From a virus (lineage: Duplodnaviria; Caudoviricetes), in IMG/VR virus record IMGVR_UViG_3300048575_000428, positions 1 through 53,267 of that record: DNA of 53,267 bases, one strand, 5' to 3'. The position numbers were made by a program, and so were the translations under genes. Numbering within the stretch: position 1 is the first letter of the stretch; each line of letters starts with the position of its first letter. Of the stretch, positions 1 to 8,783 are shown piece after piece. The notes beneath the pieces are model-generated. The model saw only the letters and a list, made by a program, of their open reading frames with translations, had not been told where the DNA came from and did no database searches.

Positions 1-297
1 TCACTTCGCCGCACCGATCCCCGCGTCGCGCTCCTGGATAATCTTGACGGTCGCGCTCTTCGTTTCCCGGCACCACGCGTAGTTCACGCGATACCAGCCA
101 AGGAGCTTGCCGCCCCCGCCCTCGCTCAGCCCGACAAGATCCGCCTCGGCGGGGATCTCGGGCTCATCGGGACAGTCCTTGGTCAGCGACCGATCGAGCG
201 GTTGCGCCAGCGGCTGCAGCTGCGGCGAGATCGGCAGTTCGCGAGCGCCGGCGCAGCCGCCCAGAGCGAGCGCGACGAGCAACAGGGGCCGCATCAT
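1..297 (-). CDS. Outer-membrane spanin (Rz1-like lipoprotein)
   Basis: Signal peptide with lipobox LGGC, Pro-rich; last gene of the lysis cassette; 4-bp overlap with the upstream gene. Confidence 0.7.
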   Translation of the reverse strand: MMRPLLLVALALGGCAGARELPISPQLQPLAQPLDRSLTKDCPDEPEIPAEADLVGLSEGGGGKLLGWYRVNYAWCRETKSATVKIIQERDAGIGAAK

Positions 298-839
298 TTC
301 TTCCTCCCGATGGCCCGCAATGCCTTGACTGTCGCGGGGGACCAGCCACCGCCGTACGTCTTCCCTGGCGCGAGCGCCGGGCCGGCCGGTATCAGCATCA
401 GCGCGTCGTGCAACGCGCCTTCGGCCGCCTCACGGCGGGCGTCGGACTTTTCGGCCGCGTCGCGCATCTTGGTCAGCGCGTCGGCGGTCTCGCCGGCCAC
501 ACGCGCGCGTTCCTTGTCGGCCGCGTCCTGCATGTCCTGGCGCAGTTGCGCCATCTCCGCCTTGTGCTGGGCGTCGGCACCGTGCTTGGCGATATCCATG
601 CCGAGCAGCAGGATGGCCACGGCGAGCGCGACGACGCCGACGACGCGCGCCGCGGCGATCGAGAGACGGCCGCCGGCGAGGTCGAGCAGGGCCGGCAGCA
701 GCCAGCCGGCGAGGCAAAGCACGACGCCGGCGACACCGACGATCCACCAGCTCCAGGACAGCAGGGTCAGCAGCTCGCCCGGGCCGACCTCAAGGGTCGC
801 GAGGCGATGCAGCCACACCAGGGTGGATAGCCACTCCAT
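294..839 (-). CDS. Inner-membrane spanin (Rz-like)
   Basis: N-terminal hydrophobic segments then an Ala/charged coiled-coil; directly upstream of the lipoprotein. Confidence 0.65.
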   Translation of the reverse strand: MEWLSTLVWLHRLATLEVGPGELLTLLSWSWWIVGVAGVVLCLAGWLLPALLDLAGGRLSIAAARVVGVVALAVAILLLGMDIAKHGADAQHKAEMAQLRQDMQDAADKERARVAGETADALTKMRDAAEKSDARREAAEGALHDALMLIPAGPALAPGKTYGGGWSPATVKALRAIGRKK

Positions 840-966
840 GGGGATCTCCGATCGTCAGGTCTCTCAGCCATGTCACGAGGAGCGCGCCGCCGACGACATA
901 GGTCAGGACGGCGGCGACGACGGCCGCGGCCACCATGCGCTCGCGACGCGTGATGGGCGGGGTCAA
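790..966 (-). CDS. Small single-TM protein in the lysis cassette (58 aa, MTPPITRRERMVAAAVV...)
   Basis: TTG start overlaps the holin TGA stop; one hydrophobic helix; 3' part of track ORF 790..1461. Confidence 0.45.
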   Translation of the reverse strand: MTPPITRRERMVAAAVVAAVLTYVVGGALLVTWLRDLTIGDPHGVAIHPGVAASPRDP

Positions 967-1298
967 TGCTGTCCGTCGTCGATGTAGGGCGCCGGGCCGG
1001 ACGGCGGCGCAGCGGAGGCCGGGGACATCGGCGGCGGCCGATAGGGCGGCGGAGCCTGCGACCCGCCATAGGGCGCGCCGTCCATGCGGCCGTGGATCAT
1101 GCGGTTGCGATCGTCGTAGGCGGCGCCGCCGATGTAGCTGGCGACGGTGGCGCCGACCAGCAGCAGCTCGCCGTTGGCGATCGTCCGTGTCAGCTCGGTG
1201 TCGACGCCGGCGACGAGCAGATAGGTCAGGTGCCAGGCGCAGCAGACGAGCACGCCGAAGACGGCGACGCGACGCCACCACCATGAGGTTTCGATCAC
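963..1298 (-). CDS. Putative holin
   Basis: Two TM segments and a hydrophilic Pro-rich C-tail; immediately downstream of the endolysin. Confidence 0.6.
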   Translation of the reverse strand: MIETSWWWRRVAVFGVLVCCAWHLTYLLVAGVDTELTRTIANGELLLVGATVASYIGGAAYDDRNRMIHGRMDGAPYGGSQAPPPYRPPPMSPASAAPPSGPAPYIDDGQH

Positions 1299-1325
1299 GC
1301 CGCCACCCTCCCCGCGCCCGGCCGG

Positions 1326-2033
1326 TCAGAGCCGGGCGGCCTGCACGTGCATCCAGTCGAAGTTCCGGGCGCGCCCGAGGCTGACCCAGCCCTCGTCTTC
1401 CCAGATGCGCCAGAAGGTTTCGGCGTCGGGCTGGGCGAGGCGCGCGCGGTCCGCACCCCACTTGAGCTGATTGCGATCGGGGTCGAAGTCGATCGCGATA
1501 CCCCAGGCGTGCATCGACGGCCGCGAGCCGCCGCGCATCGGCCGGACGTTGAGACAGCCGCCGAACTGGTCGATGCCGAGGTCCGCCCGGGCGGCCTCGT
1601 CGTAGGCATCGCCGATGCGGCTGAGGCAGCGCAGCACCGAGTCGGCGACGCGTTCATGGCAGGTGATGCGCTGGACGGCCGGGCGGTCGTCCCACGCGAG
1701 GTACATGGTCCACGGCAGGTTGATCGAAACCTGATGCTCGCCGACGGCGCCATAGAAGCTGTCGCACTCAGCCTGGCGCGGCCAGATCGGCGCGATGTGC
1801 GCAGGCTCGGCCGAGGGCGGATCGACGTCGCGACCGAGCGCGGGGTCGATGGCCTCGGGGAAAAGGTGCGATTGCGTGACCGGCCCCGGCAAGCCATCGG
1901 CGACAAGGCCGACGGAGGCCTGAAACTGCTTCACGGCGGCGATCGTCTTCGGGCCATTGATGCCGTCGGCGCGGCCGCCATAGAGCCCGAGCTGGGCGAG
2001 GCGAGCCTGAATTTCCTGCAGGCTGTGCGACAT
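1326..2033 (-). CDS. Endolysin: PG-binding domain plus M15-family peptidase
   Basis: DGINGPKT...ADGLPGPVT PG_binding_1 motifs; R..R...SMHAWGIAID and DWMH Zn-peptidase motifs; GGAG RBS. Confidence 0.9.
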   Translation of the reverse strand: MSHSLQEIQARLAQLGLYGGRADGINGPKTIAAVKQFQASVGLVADGLPGPVTQSHLFPEAIDPALGRDVDPPSAEPAHIAPIWPRQAECDSFYGAVGEHQVSINLPWTMYLAWDDRPAVQRITCHERVADSVLRCLSRIGDAYDEAARADLGIDQFGGCLNVRPMRGGSRPSMHAWGIAIDFDPDRNQLKWGADRARLAQPDAETFWRIWEDEGWVSLGRARNFDWMHVQAARL

Positions 2034-2046
2034 GACGTGCTCCATG

Positions 2047-2073
2047 AAAAAGCCCGGCGCGAGGGCCGGGCTT
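2047..2073 (-). terminator. Intrinsic terminator-like hairpin upstream of the endolysin
   Basis: AGCCCGGC-loop-GCCGGGC followed by TTTTT on the minus strand. Confidence 0.6.
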
Positions 2074-2108
2074 GGTGTCGAGAAGGGGGAGAGCCCCCAC
2101 AGACGATG

Positions 2109-2288
2109 TTAGGGCGTGGGGGGCACCGCTTCCGCCTTGCGGGCGTCGATCCAGGCGACGATCTGCGCGTCGCGCTCGATGGCCGACAGGGTCGGCGGGA
2201 CGACGAGCGGCGACGTATGGCCGTCGACAACGGAAACCCTCGTCGTGCCATCGACATCGACGTGAACAGCGATTTCGATTTCATCCAT
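2109..2288 (-). CDS. Small hypothetical protein, possibly a chaperone of the upstream appendage protein
   Basis: 59 aa, starts 2 nt after the upstream stop. Confidence 0.5.
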   Translation of the reverse strand: MDEIEIAVHVDVDGTTRVSVVDGHTSPLVVPPTLSAIERDAQIVAWIDARKAEAVPPTP

Positions 2289-2290
2289 GA

Positions 2291-3091
2291 TCAGCCCGCC
2301 TTGAAGAGGATGCCACAATAGGCCGTCGAGTTGCCCTTTACCGGGGCCACCGCCGTGAGATCAGGCCACGTCGGATAGGTCGCGGTGTACGCCAGGTACG
2401 AGATCGACGTGGCTGCGTTGCTTGCCACCTCGGCCGCTGTGCCGCCGAGGATCGAGGCCATCAGCGTGTTGGCGTCGTACACCTGGAAAACGGCGCTGCT
2501 GCTGCTGCCGAGTGCCGCGAAGAAGAAGAGGCCCGGGACGAGAGACACCGTTGACGAGAGGGCGGCGGTAATGACGCCCGTCGAGGCCGTGGTGATGTCG
2601 GCCGTGGTTGCAAGCGGGGTCCCGGTTGGATACTTCGTCGCCGGATCGCAGGCATAGATGCCGAACTGCACGTTCTGGCTGGCCTGGGCCGTGGTGATAC
2701 GACAGGCGAGTTCAGGGACGCCGAGCGCTTCCTTGATCGGGACCAGGAAGCCGCGCAGGCTGTTTGCCGGGAGTGCCGAGCCGGCTACAGGCTTAACGTT
2801 GATGCCCTGGTAGAAGCGACCAGAGACGTAACCGAAGAAGTCCGCGTTGTCCATGCGAACCCACTTCGCGGCGCCGTTCGTCGCATCCCGACAGACGAAG
2901 GCGATGCCGGTGACAACGTTGAGCCATCTAGAGCCGGCAACATAACCCTGCGAATTGTCATTCGCCGCGGTCGGATCGACGATCGCAGTAAGGTTGCTGG
3001 GCGGCAGAGCATTAACAGCGCTGATGGCCGCGTTGATCTTGTTGCGGGCCGACAGGCCACCCTCACCGTTATCGAGCAATGAGAGCGCCAT
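2291..3091 (-). CDS. Putative virion appendage or second receptor-binding protein
   Basis: N-terminal NGEGGLSARNKINAAI and DPTAANDNSQGYVAGSRWLN motifs typical of phage fibre proteins; beta-rich C-terminus. Confidence 0.55.
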   Translation of the reverse strand: MALSLLDNGEGGLSARNKINAAISAVNALPPSNLTAIVDPTAANDNSQGYVAGSRWLNVVTGIAFVCRDATNGAAKWVRMDNADFFGYVSGRFYQGINVKPVAGSALPANSLRGFLVPIKEALGVPELACRITTAQASQNVQFGIYACDPATKYPTGTPLATTADITTASTGVITAALSSTVSLVPGLFFFAALGSSSSAVFQVYDANTLMASILGGTAAEVASNAATSISYLAYTATYPTWPDLTAVAPVKGNSTAYCGILFKAG

Positions 3092-3249
3092 CAGCTGTCC
3101 CTCCAAGTGGCAGTATCATCCCATGCACCGGCGTCATCCCAGACGCCGGCCGCGAGGATCCAGACCAAGAGCACGCGTACGCCCTTGCCAGGGGCGTGGC
3201 CGATGCGACCGAGGCGGCCGAGTTGGCCGATGTTGCCGAGAGCGGTCAT
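3091..3249 (-). CDS. 52-aa microprotein with Trp/Asp repeats (MTALGNIGQLGRLGRIG...WDDAGAWDDTATWRDS)
   Basis: Translated by hand, below the ORF-track cutoff; fills the gap exactly; TGATG coupling to the next gene. Confidence 0.65.
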   Translation of the reverse strand: MTALGNIGQLGRLGRIGHAPGKGVRVLLVWILAAGVWDDAGAWDDTATWRDS

Positions 3250-3250
3250 G

Positions 3251-3631
3251 TCAGGCCACCGGGATCGCGCGGAAGACGCCGTCGGCGCTGTCGCGGATGA
3301 CGCGGTAGTGCGTCTCGCCCGCCTTGAGCTTCAGGTGGAACTTCTCATCCGCCGCGACGGGCAGAACGGCCGCGTTCGCGCCAGACGCCGCGCCCACGCC
3401 CTCCCCGCCGATGGCGACGTAGCACCGCTCCGTGCAGGTCAGCATCACCTCGCGGCTCTCGCCGAGCGCGCCGAAGGCGACGGCGGCCGAGGAGGCCGCG
3501 CCGGTCACCGTGCGCGTCGCCTCGGCGAGATTGTAGTCGCGCGTGCCGTCGGCGCCGGCAAGCCGGAACTTGTCGGGAGCGATCTGTTCGACCTCGAGGC
3601 CGCCGAGGGCGTGCAGCGGAACGGACGTCAT
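3251..3631 (-). CDS. Hypothetical virion-associated protein
   Basis: AAGGAG RBS before MTSVPL; beta-strand-rich; in the late operon. Confidence 0.65.
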   Translation of the reverse strand: MTSVPLHALGGLEVEQIAPDKFRLAGADGTRDYNLAEATRTVTGAASSAAVAFGALGESREVMLTCTERCYVAIGGEGVGAASGANAAVLPVAADEKFHLKLKAGETHYRVIRDSADGVFRAIPVA

Positions 3632-3641
3632 GGGAGGCTCC

Positions 3642-4685
3642 TTATTTGCGGGTGTCCTTGCCGGTCTTTTCGCCCGGCTTGACGAGGTCGAGGCTGCAGA
3701 TCCAGCCCCTGCCCCGCTCCAGATTGTCGGTGACGGTCTCGATGGTGTAGCCGCCGTCGGTACCCGGCCGGGTGCCGCCGACGATGCAGGGAGCCTCGGC
3801 GATGGCGGTGGGCGTGCCGACGATGTCGACGCGACCGCCACCCTTGTCGCGCGCCGCGTCCTTCGCTTCGCCGGTCGCGCCGCCCTTGGCTTCGTCCTCG
3901 TCGGCGCCGGAGCGCTTCAGCGCGTCGCGCCGTCCGCCGCCGCCGCCCTCGATCTGGACATCCGTCGAGCGGTAGCGGGCGGCGGCGACGTCGTACCAGC
4001 GGCCGCGCACCGTCTCGAATTCCGGCCGGCCGCGGAACGGCGCCAGATCCCAGGAGATGAGATTGTCACCGACGGTCGCATAGACGGTCGCGAGCGCCTT
4101 GCCGCTCGCCGACAGGCCGGCGGAGCGGGGCACGAACAGGGCCTTGCGGCCGACGATCTTGAACGTCGCCCCGGTCTCTGCCGCGACGCGACGGCCCCAG
4201 GCGATGAAACTTTCGCCGTCCATCGCCCAGTAGGGACGGCGGAGGCTGGCGAGATCGGCGTGGACGCTGACGCCGTCGAGGCCGGCGGCGCGGGCGAAGT
4301 CGCCGGCGGCGTCCTTCAGCGTCGCGTCGTCCTTGTGCTTGCGGCGCGGCTCCTTGGCGCCGCTCGTCGTATCCATGCCCTTGGCGTTGACCTCAAGGCG
4401 GCGCCCGCCGCCCCGGTCGCCCTGGCTGCGGACGGTGTCGACGAAGCCGCCGAAGCGCTGCACGATGCCCTGCGCGGTGTTGCCGAGGTAGATCGAAACC
4501 GGCTCGCCCTTGTCGGGCATGATGATGCGGCCGCCGGTATCATCGAGCGTGAAGCGGGCGGTGTCCGACGTCGCGCCGGCCTTGTCGACGCATTGCAGCG
4601 AGATCAGCACCGGGGCGACGCGCGCGGAAATGTCCGCGCCGCCGACGATCAGCCGGAACACAGAGCGCGACCAGGGTTGCGCCAT
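3642..4685 (-). CDS. Baseplate hub, P2 late control D family
   Basis: DKAGATSD..FTLDD and ESFIAW motifs; U-X-D synteny. Confidence 0.88.
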   Translation of the reverse strand: MAQPWSRSVFRLIVGGADISARVAPVLISLQCVDKAGATSDTARFTLDDTGGRIIMPDKGEPVSIYLGNTAQGIVQRFGGFVDTVRSQGDRGGGRRLEVNAKGMDTTSGAKEPRRKHKDDATLKDAAGDFARAAGLDGVSVHADLASLRRPYWAMDGESFIAWGRRVAAETGATFKIVGRKALFVPRSAGLSASGKALATVYATVGDNLISWDLAPFRGRPEFETVRGRWYDVAAARYRSTDVQIEGGGGGRRDALKRSGADEDEAKGGATGEAKDAARDKGGGRVDIVGTPTAIAEAPCIVGGTRPGTDGGYTIETVTDNLERGRGWICSLDLVKPGEKTGKDTRK

Positions 4686-4687
4686 GG

Positions 4688-4918
4688 TCAGTCGCCGAGC
4701 CGGATGATATCGACGGCGCGCGCCTCGTCGGCGGCCGTCGGCTGCGGCACACGGACGACGGTCCCGACCGGCAGGCGGATGCCGTGCGCCGCGACGCCGG
4801 GATTGGCGGCGAAGGTCGCCTCGACCATGCCCGGGATGTAGCGGCCATGCTGGCGCACGACGACGTCGGCGAGGCTGAAGCCGTCGTCGCGCACGGTCAC
4901 GGAGACGTAGTCGGTCAT
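4688..4918 (-). CDS. Tail protein X (P2 gpX, LysM-like)
   Basis: AANPGVA...LPVGTVVRVP...IRLGD. Confidence 0.88.
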   Translation of the reverse strand: MTDYVSVTVRDDGFSLADVVVRQHGRYIPGMVEATFAANPGVAAHGIRLPVGTVVRVPQPTAADEARAVDIIRLGD

Positions 4919-4922
4919 CGGC

Positions 4923-5342
4923 TCACCCGAGGAGGGAGATCAAGGCGGCGAAGATGTCGGCGGCGGACGGCTGGTCGCAGCGCTGGCACGTGACGGTCAT
5001 CTCGACCATGCGGGCGTGGCCGTCGGCGGCGAGATACGTCCCCTTCTCGCGCGTCTCGGTCACCAGCCACCAGCCGGCGACGCTGCCGTCGCCCCAGAGG
5101 ATGAGCTGCGGCGTGCGCTGATCGGCCATGGCGCGCAAGAGTGCCGGCGCCGAGCGGCCGCCGAGATGGTCGGGGAACACGGCGCCGTTGATGGTCAGCG
5201 TGTCGTCGCCGGGGCCGACGTCCTCGAAGCCCTTGCGGGCGCTGATCACGTCCTTGCGCGCGAAGTCTTGCGCCGTCGTGCGCTCGTAGTCGGTCGCGTT
5301 CACGACCTGGTCGAAGATGACGGGGCCGATCGAGAGGAGCAT
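4923..5342 (-). CDS. P2 gpU-like tail tube initiator
   Basis: MLLSIGP..F, GPGDDTLTINGAVFP, GDG...GWW. Confidence 0.88.
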   Translation of the reverse strand: MLLSIGPVIFDQVVNATDYERTTAQDFARKDVISARKGFEDVGPGDDTLTINGAVFPDHLGGRSAPALLRAMADQRTPQLILWGDGSVAGWWLVTETREKGTYLAADGHARMVEMTVTCQRCDQPSAADIFAALISLLG

Positions 5343-5364
5343 GGAGGACCTTTCGGCGCCTCCG

Positions 5365-5871
5365 CTATCTCAGGAGGCCTTTCTGTTGGCAGAAAGAGCG
5401 AACGCGGTCGACGGCGCTATCGCCGTCCGCGATGTCGAGGATGGCAAAGGTCTTGTCCTCAGGGTCATAGACCCCGAAGAACGGCCGGCGACCGACGAAC
5501 GCTCCGAATCGGTTCTTAGCGTTGACCAGCCCACACACATGGAGACGGCCGGTTCGGCTGGTGACCGCGCCGAGCATGCTGAAAACGGCGCTGTAGGGAT
5601 CGTAGAGGCGATCTCCGATCGTCTCCTTGATGACGTCGATCTGCCCCGCAGTCAGGATTGCCGGGCCACCCTCTTGCGGCAGAGATGGCGCGCTGTCGCC
5701 CCTTTGCGGCGGCAGCAATAGGCTGGGGAGGATGTCGAGCGGCGCATTTGGATCGTCAGGCGCGGGCGGAATGCTATCGATCGGACCGAGGGGCGGGAGC
5801 GGCTGGCCCGTCGACGTCGTCGCAGACAGCACCTCTACGGCTAGCAGCCCGATGAAAAGCAACGTGCGCAT
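5365..5871 (-). CDS. Moron: exported protein inserted between tape measure and gpU
   Basis: Signal peptide, Pro-rich linker, DPYSAVF...VCGLVNAKNRFGAFVG motif; GGAGG RBS; own promoter. Confidence 0.75.
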   Translation of the reverse strand: MRTLLFIGLLAVEVLSATTSTGQPLPPLGPIDSIPPAPDDPNAPLDILPSLLLPPQRGDSAPSLPQEGGPAILTAGQIDVIKETIGDRLYDPYSAVFSMLGAVTSRTGRLHVCGLVNAKNRFGAFVGRRPFFGVYDPEDKTFAILDIADGDSAVDRVRSFCQQKGLLR

Positions 5872-5888
5872 GCGGACCTCCGCCCGCA

Positions 5889-5917
5889 ACTATATGGCGA
5901 CGGAACAGAACCGGCAA
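5889..5917 (-). promoter_or_regulatory. Sigma70-type promoter of the moron
   Basis: TTGCCG-N17-TATAGT immediately after the tape measure stop codon. Confidence 0.65.
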
Positions 5918-7774
5918 TCACCGCCGCCCGCTGTTGTCGGAATAGGAGCCGTCTAGTCCCGACTGAACTTCGCGGCCGATCGCCGCACCGATGCCGGCGA
6001 CGGTGCCGGCGCGAACCGGGATTACGATCGGATTGCGGTCGACATAGGCCTGTGCCTTGCGCCGGATCTCGTCGGCGGCGGCCATGACAGAAGCTTCGTC
6101 GACATTGGTGCCGAGCGATACAGGCTTGGGCGCCTCCACGCCGCGCTCGCCCTTCGGCGGCTTCGGCCGAGGCATCGGCGGCATCAGTTCCGACGGAATG
6201 CCGGGCTGAGCGTAGTCGACCCACTCAGGCTGTCCAACTTGGCGGTTAAAGTACGGGCCGAACGCAGCATCATAAGCCTTCTTGAGACCATCCATTTGCG
6301 CGCGGATATCCGCCATTGTCTTTTGGCGCGCATCAAGATCTTGCTTGAGCTGCCCGAGGACAGCATCGCGTCCCGCGCCCGGCGGGCCTTCCGCAACGCC
6401 GTTGTACTGACCGACCGTTTCGTTGAACTTCACACGCTCGGCTTCATACGCCGACTTCAGGGCCTGATATTTCTTGGCATAAGCGGTCAGCGCAGTAACC
6501 TGCGCGTCTTCTTCCTTCTTTTTGTTGAACGCCGCCCTTTTTTCGGGAGTATCACCAACGCCCGACAAATACTGCGCAGCGATCTTTGCCGCGTCAGTAT
6601 ATTCACCATTGCTTAGCTTCTCCAAAAGATCGGAGAGGACTTTGAGCGACGTCGTCACACCACCGAAGTTGGCAGTTTTACCCAGTGAGATGAGAAACTG
6701 AGCCCACGAATTGGATAAGCCGTCCAGTTGGGCCTTCGCGTCTCCCGACACCCGGGCAAGATCCCTAATCGTGCTTCCATCGACGTTCTTCAACTCGCCT
6801 TCGAGCTTCGCCGTTGCGTCGCGCATCTGGAGCAGCGCGCGGGCGCCCTGAAGAAACTGGGCGTCGGCGAACAGCTGCGGCAGCTTGGATAGATCGCCCT
6901 TCACCGCCTTGACGGCGAGATCGAGGAAGACCTCGATCAGGTCCTTGCCACTCTTGCGTGCTTTGTCCATCTCCTTACGGAGATTAATGCCGAACTTCTT
7001 GAACTTGTTGGCGGTCTCTTCCGTCTCCATTTTCTGAAAAACGTTGGCCATCGCGGTGGCGGCTTCGCCGGACGTGCCCGACTGGGTGCGGATGGTCTGC
7101 AGCATCGCGACGAGCTTGCGCAGGCCCGCCTCGCCCTTGAGGCCGGTCGCTGCGGCGGCGGCGGCAAGCGACGGCAGCTCGCTGGCCATGTCCTTCAGCT
7201 CGAACTTGCCGGCCTTGCCGCCGGCGACCAGGATGTCGAAGGCCGACTGCATCCGATCGGGCATGATCTTGAAGGATGTGCCCAATGCATCGGCGGTGCG
7301 GGCAATGTCCGCAGTGGCCGCGCCGGCAGCCTGTGCGGTGGCCGCAACCGACGGCAGCAGCGTCAACGACTCGTCGAGCGTCCGACCTGACGACACGAGA
7401 GAGTCTAGGCCCTCAACGATGTCCGGGATCTGGGCGCCGGTGCCAGAGGCAACGTCACGGACCTTCTTGCGCACTTCGTCAGCCCGGGTCGAGGCTGCAT
7501 CAGCCGTGATGAGGATCCTCGTGATACGGCGATCCCAGTCGGCGGCATCCACGACCGCCTTGCGGGCCGCAAGGCCACCACCGACGGCGCCAAGCGTTCC
7601 CGCGATGCCGCCCATCGCTGTCAGGCCCCCGCCCGCCAGCATCCGCGCCGCCCCTCCCTTGCCGATGCCGCGCAACGTGCGGTCCATCGACTTCGCGTCG
7701 CGCTCGACAGTCTTCGCCCCTCCCGAGAAGTTGTTCTTCAGGCTGAGGAGGAGCGTCGAGGTGAGGTTAGCCAT
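5918..7774 (-). CDS. Tail tape measure protein
   Basis: Ala/Gly-rich helical protein with GKAGKFELKDMA TMP-core motif; follows tube and chaperone. Confidence 0.92.
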   Translation of the reverse strand: MANLTSTLLLSLKNNFSGGAKTVERDAKSMDRTLRGIGKGGAARMLAGGGLTAMGGIAGTLGAVGGGLAARKAVVDAADWDRRITRILITADAASTRADEVRKKVRDVASGTGAQIPDIVEGLDSLVSSGRTLDESLTLLPSVAATAQAAGAATADIARTADALGTSFKIMPDRMQSAFDILVAGGKAGKFELKDMASELPSLAAAAAATGLKGEAGLRKLVAMLQTIRTQSGTSGEAATAMANVFQKMETEETANKFKKFGINLRKEMDKARKSGKDLIEVFLDLAVKAVKGDLSKLPQLFADAQFLQGARALLQMRDATAKLEGELKNVDGSTIRDLARVSGDAKAQLDGLSNSWAQFLISLGKTANFGGVTTSLKVLSDLLEKLSNGEYTDAAKIAAQYLSGVGDTPEKRAAFNKKKEEDAQVTALTAYAKKYQALKSAYEAERVKFNETVGQYNGVAEGPPGAGRDAVLGQLKQDLDARQKTMADIRAQMDGLKKAYDAAFGPYFNRQVGQPEWVDYAQPGIPSELMPPMPRPKPPKGERGVEAPKPVSLGTNVDEASVMAAADEIRRKAQAYVDRNPIVIPVRAGTVAGIGAAIGREVQSGLDGSYSDNSGRR

Positions 7775-8213
7775 CGATCATCAGGCCATCGGTGCGGTGC
7801 AGGAAGTCGGTCATGTCGGGCGCGTCGGTCGGGGCCGGCTCGAAGGCGGGATCGGCGGGCGCGTCGGTGACGACCGGCTCCGCGTCCGCATCCGGCTGAG
7901 CGGCCGCGAGCGCGGCGGCGAAGTCGGCGCGGATGTCGTCGGGCAGCATGTCGAGGCCCGCTTCGATGACACGGGCGGCATCGAGCCAACGCATCTGGCC
8001 GACGATGTAGGGGCCCTCGCCGATCAGCGCCACGACCAGGTCGGCCGGGCGCGGCTCGGCGACCGCCCGATAGGTGTCGAGCGCGTCGAGCGTCGGCGGC
8101 GCGACGACGACGGAGGCGATGCGCCGCCGATCGACGGTGAAGGGATAGGCGAGCGGGACGCGCGCCGGCCGTGGCACCCCGCCTTTGTCTTGCCCCCTCT
8201 CTGGCGCGGCCAT
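7767..8213 (-). CDS. Tail assembly chaperone
   Basis: Between tube and TMP; VPLAYPF...PTL and D..RV pattern like P2 gpE/Mu gp41. Confidence 0.65.
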   Translation of the reverse strand: MAAPERGQDKGGVPRPARVPLAYPFTVDRRRIASVVVAPPTLDALDTYRAVAEPRPADLVVALIGEGPYIVGQMRWLDAARVIEAGLDMLPDDIRADFAAALAAAQPDADAEPVVTDAPADPAFEPAPTDAPDMTDFLHRTDGLMIDG

Positions 8214-8743
8214 CAGCCGAAGCCCAGCGCGGCGCGCTCGTCGGCGGTGTAGTCCGTGCCGCCGGCGATGCGGGTGTGGGTCTCGTTGTCGACCTTGAAC
8301 CAGGACTTGCCTTCGACGACCAGCTCGTACTGGTCGATATCGATGAAGCCGTGATCGTGGCCGAACGCCTCGCCGCGCTTGAAGCCGTCGGGCGTCAGCT
8401 TGCCGAAGCAGCCGCGCGCCGTCGCCTCGGCCCTGGCGACGCGGCCGGTCGTCGTCGAGCGCAGCACGCCGCGCCAGGTCGTGATGAGGCGACGCGACGG
8501 GCCGGCGGCGATGAGGGCGTAGGCCTGTTCGTCGAAGCCCTCGAGCTTGAAGGTGATCTCCAGCGGCTTCAGCACGCCCATATTGAAGTTGCGCGTGATC
8601 AGCGCGCCGCCGGCCTTGAACTCGGCGGTGTCGTATTCGAGGTTCGGCAGGGTCGCCGTCTCCATCGACAGCGCCTTCGAGAGGTCGGGCGCGTCCTTGT
8701 CAAGGAAGAGGTTCACCGCTTCGAGCTTGAAGAATTCGGCCAT
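8213..8743 (-). CDS. Major tail tube protein (P2 FII-like)
   Basis: 176 aa directly after the sheath; TLPNL...AGG and IAGGTDY. Confidence 0.85.
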   Translation of the reverse strand: MAEFFKLEAVNLFLDKDAPDLSKALSMETATLPNLEYDTAEFKAGGALITRNFNMGVLKPLEITFKLEGFDEQAYALIAAGPSRRLITTWRGVLRSTTTGRVARAEATARGCFGKLTPDGFKRGEAFGHDHGFIDIDQYELVVEGKSWFKVDNETHTRIAGGTDYTADERAALGFG

Positions 8744-8783
8744 GATCGGCTCCGTTGGGTGCGGGTGTGACGGGCGGCGACGA

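Noticed and set aside
7767-8213. Programmed frameshift in the tail chaperone
   Set aside because: No slippery heptamer noticed, and no room for a second ORF before the TMP start
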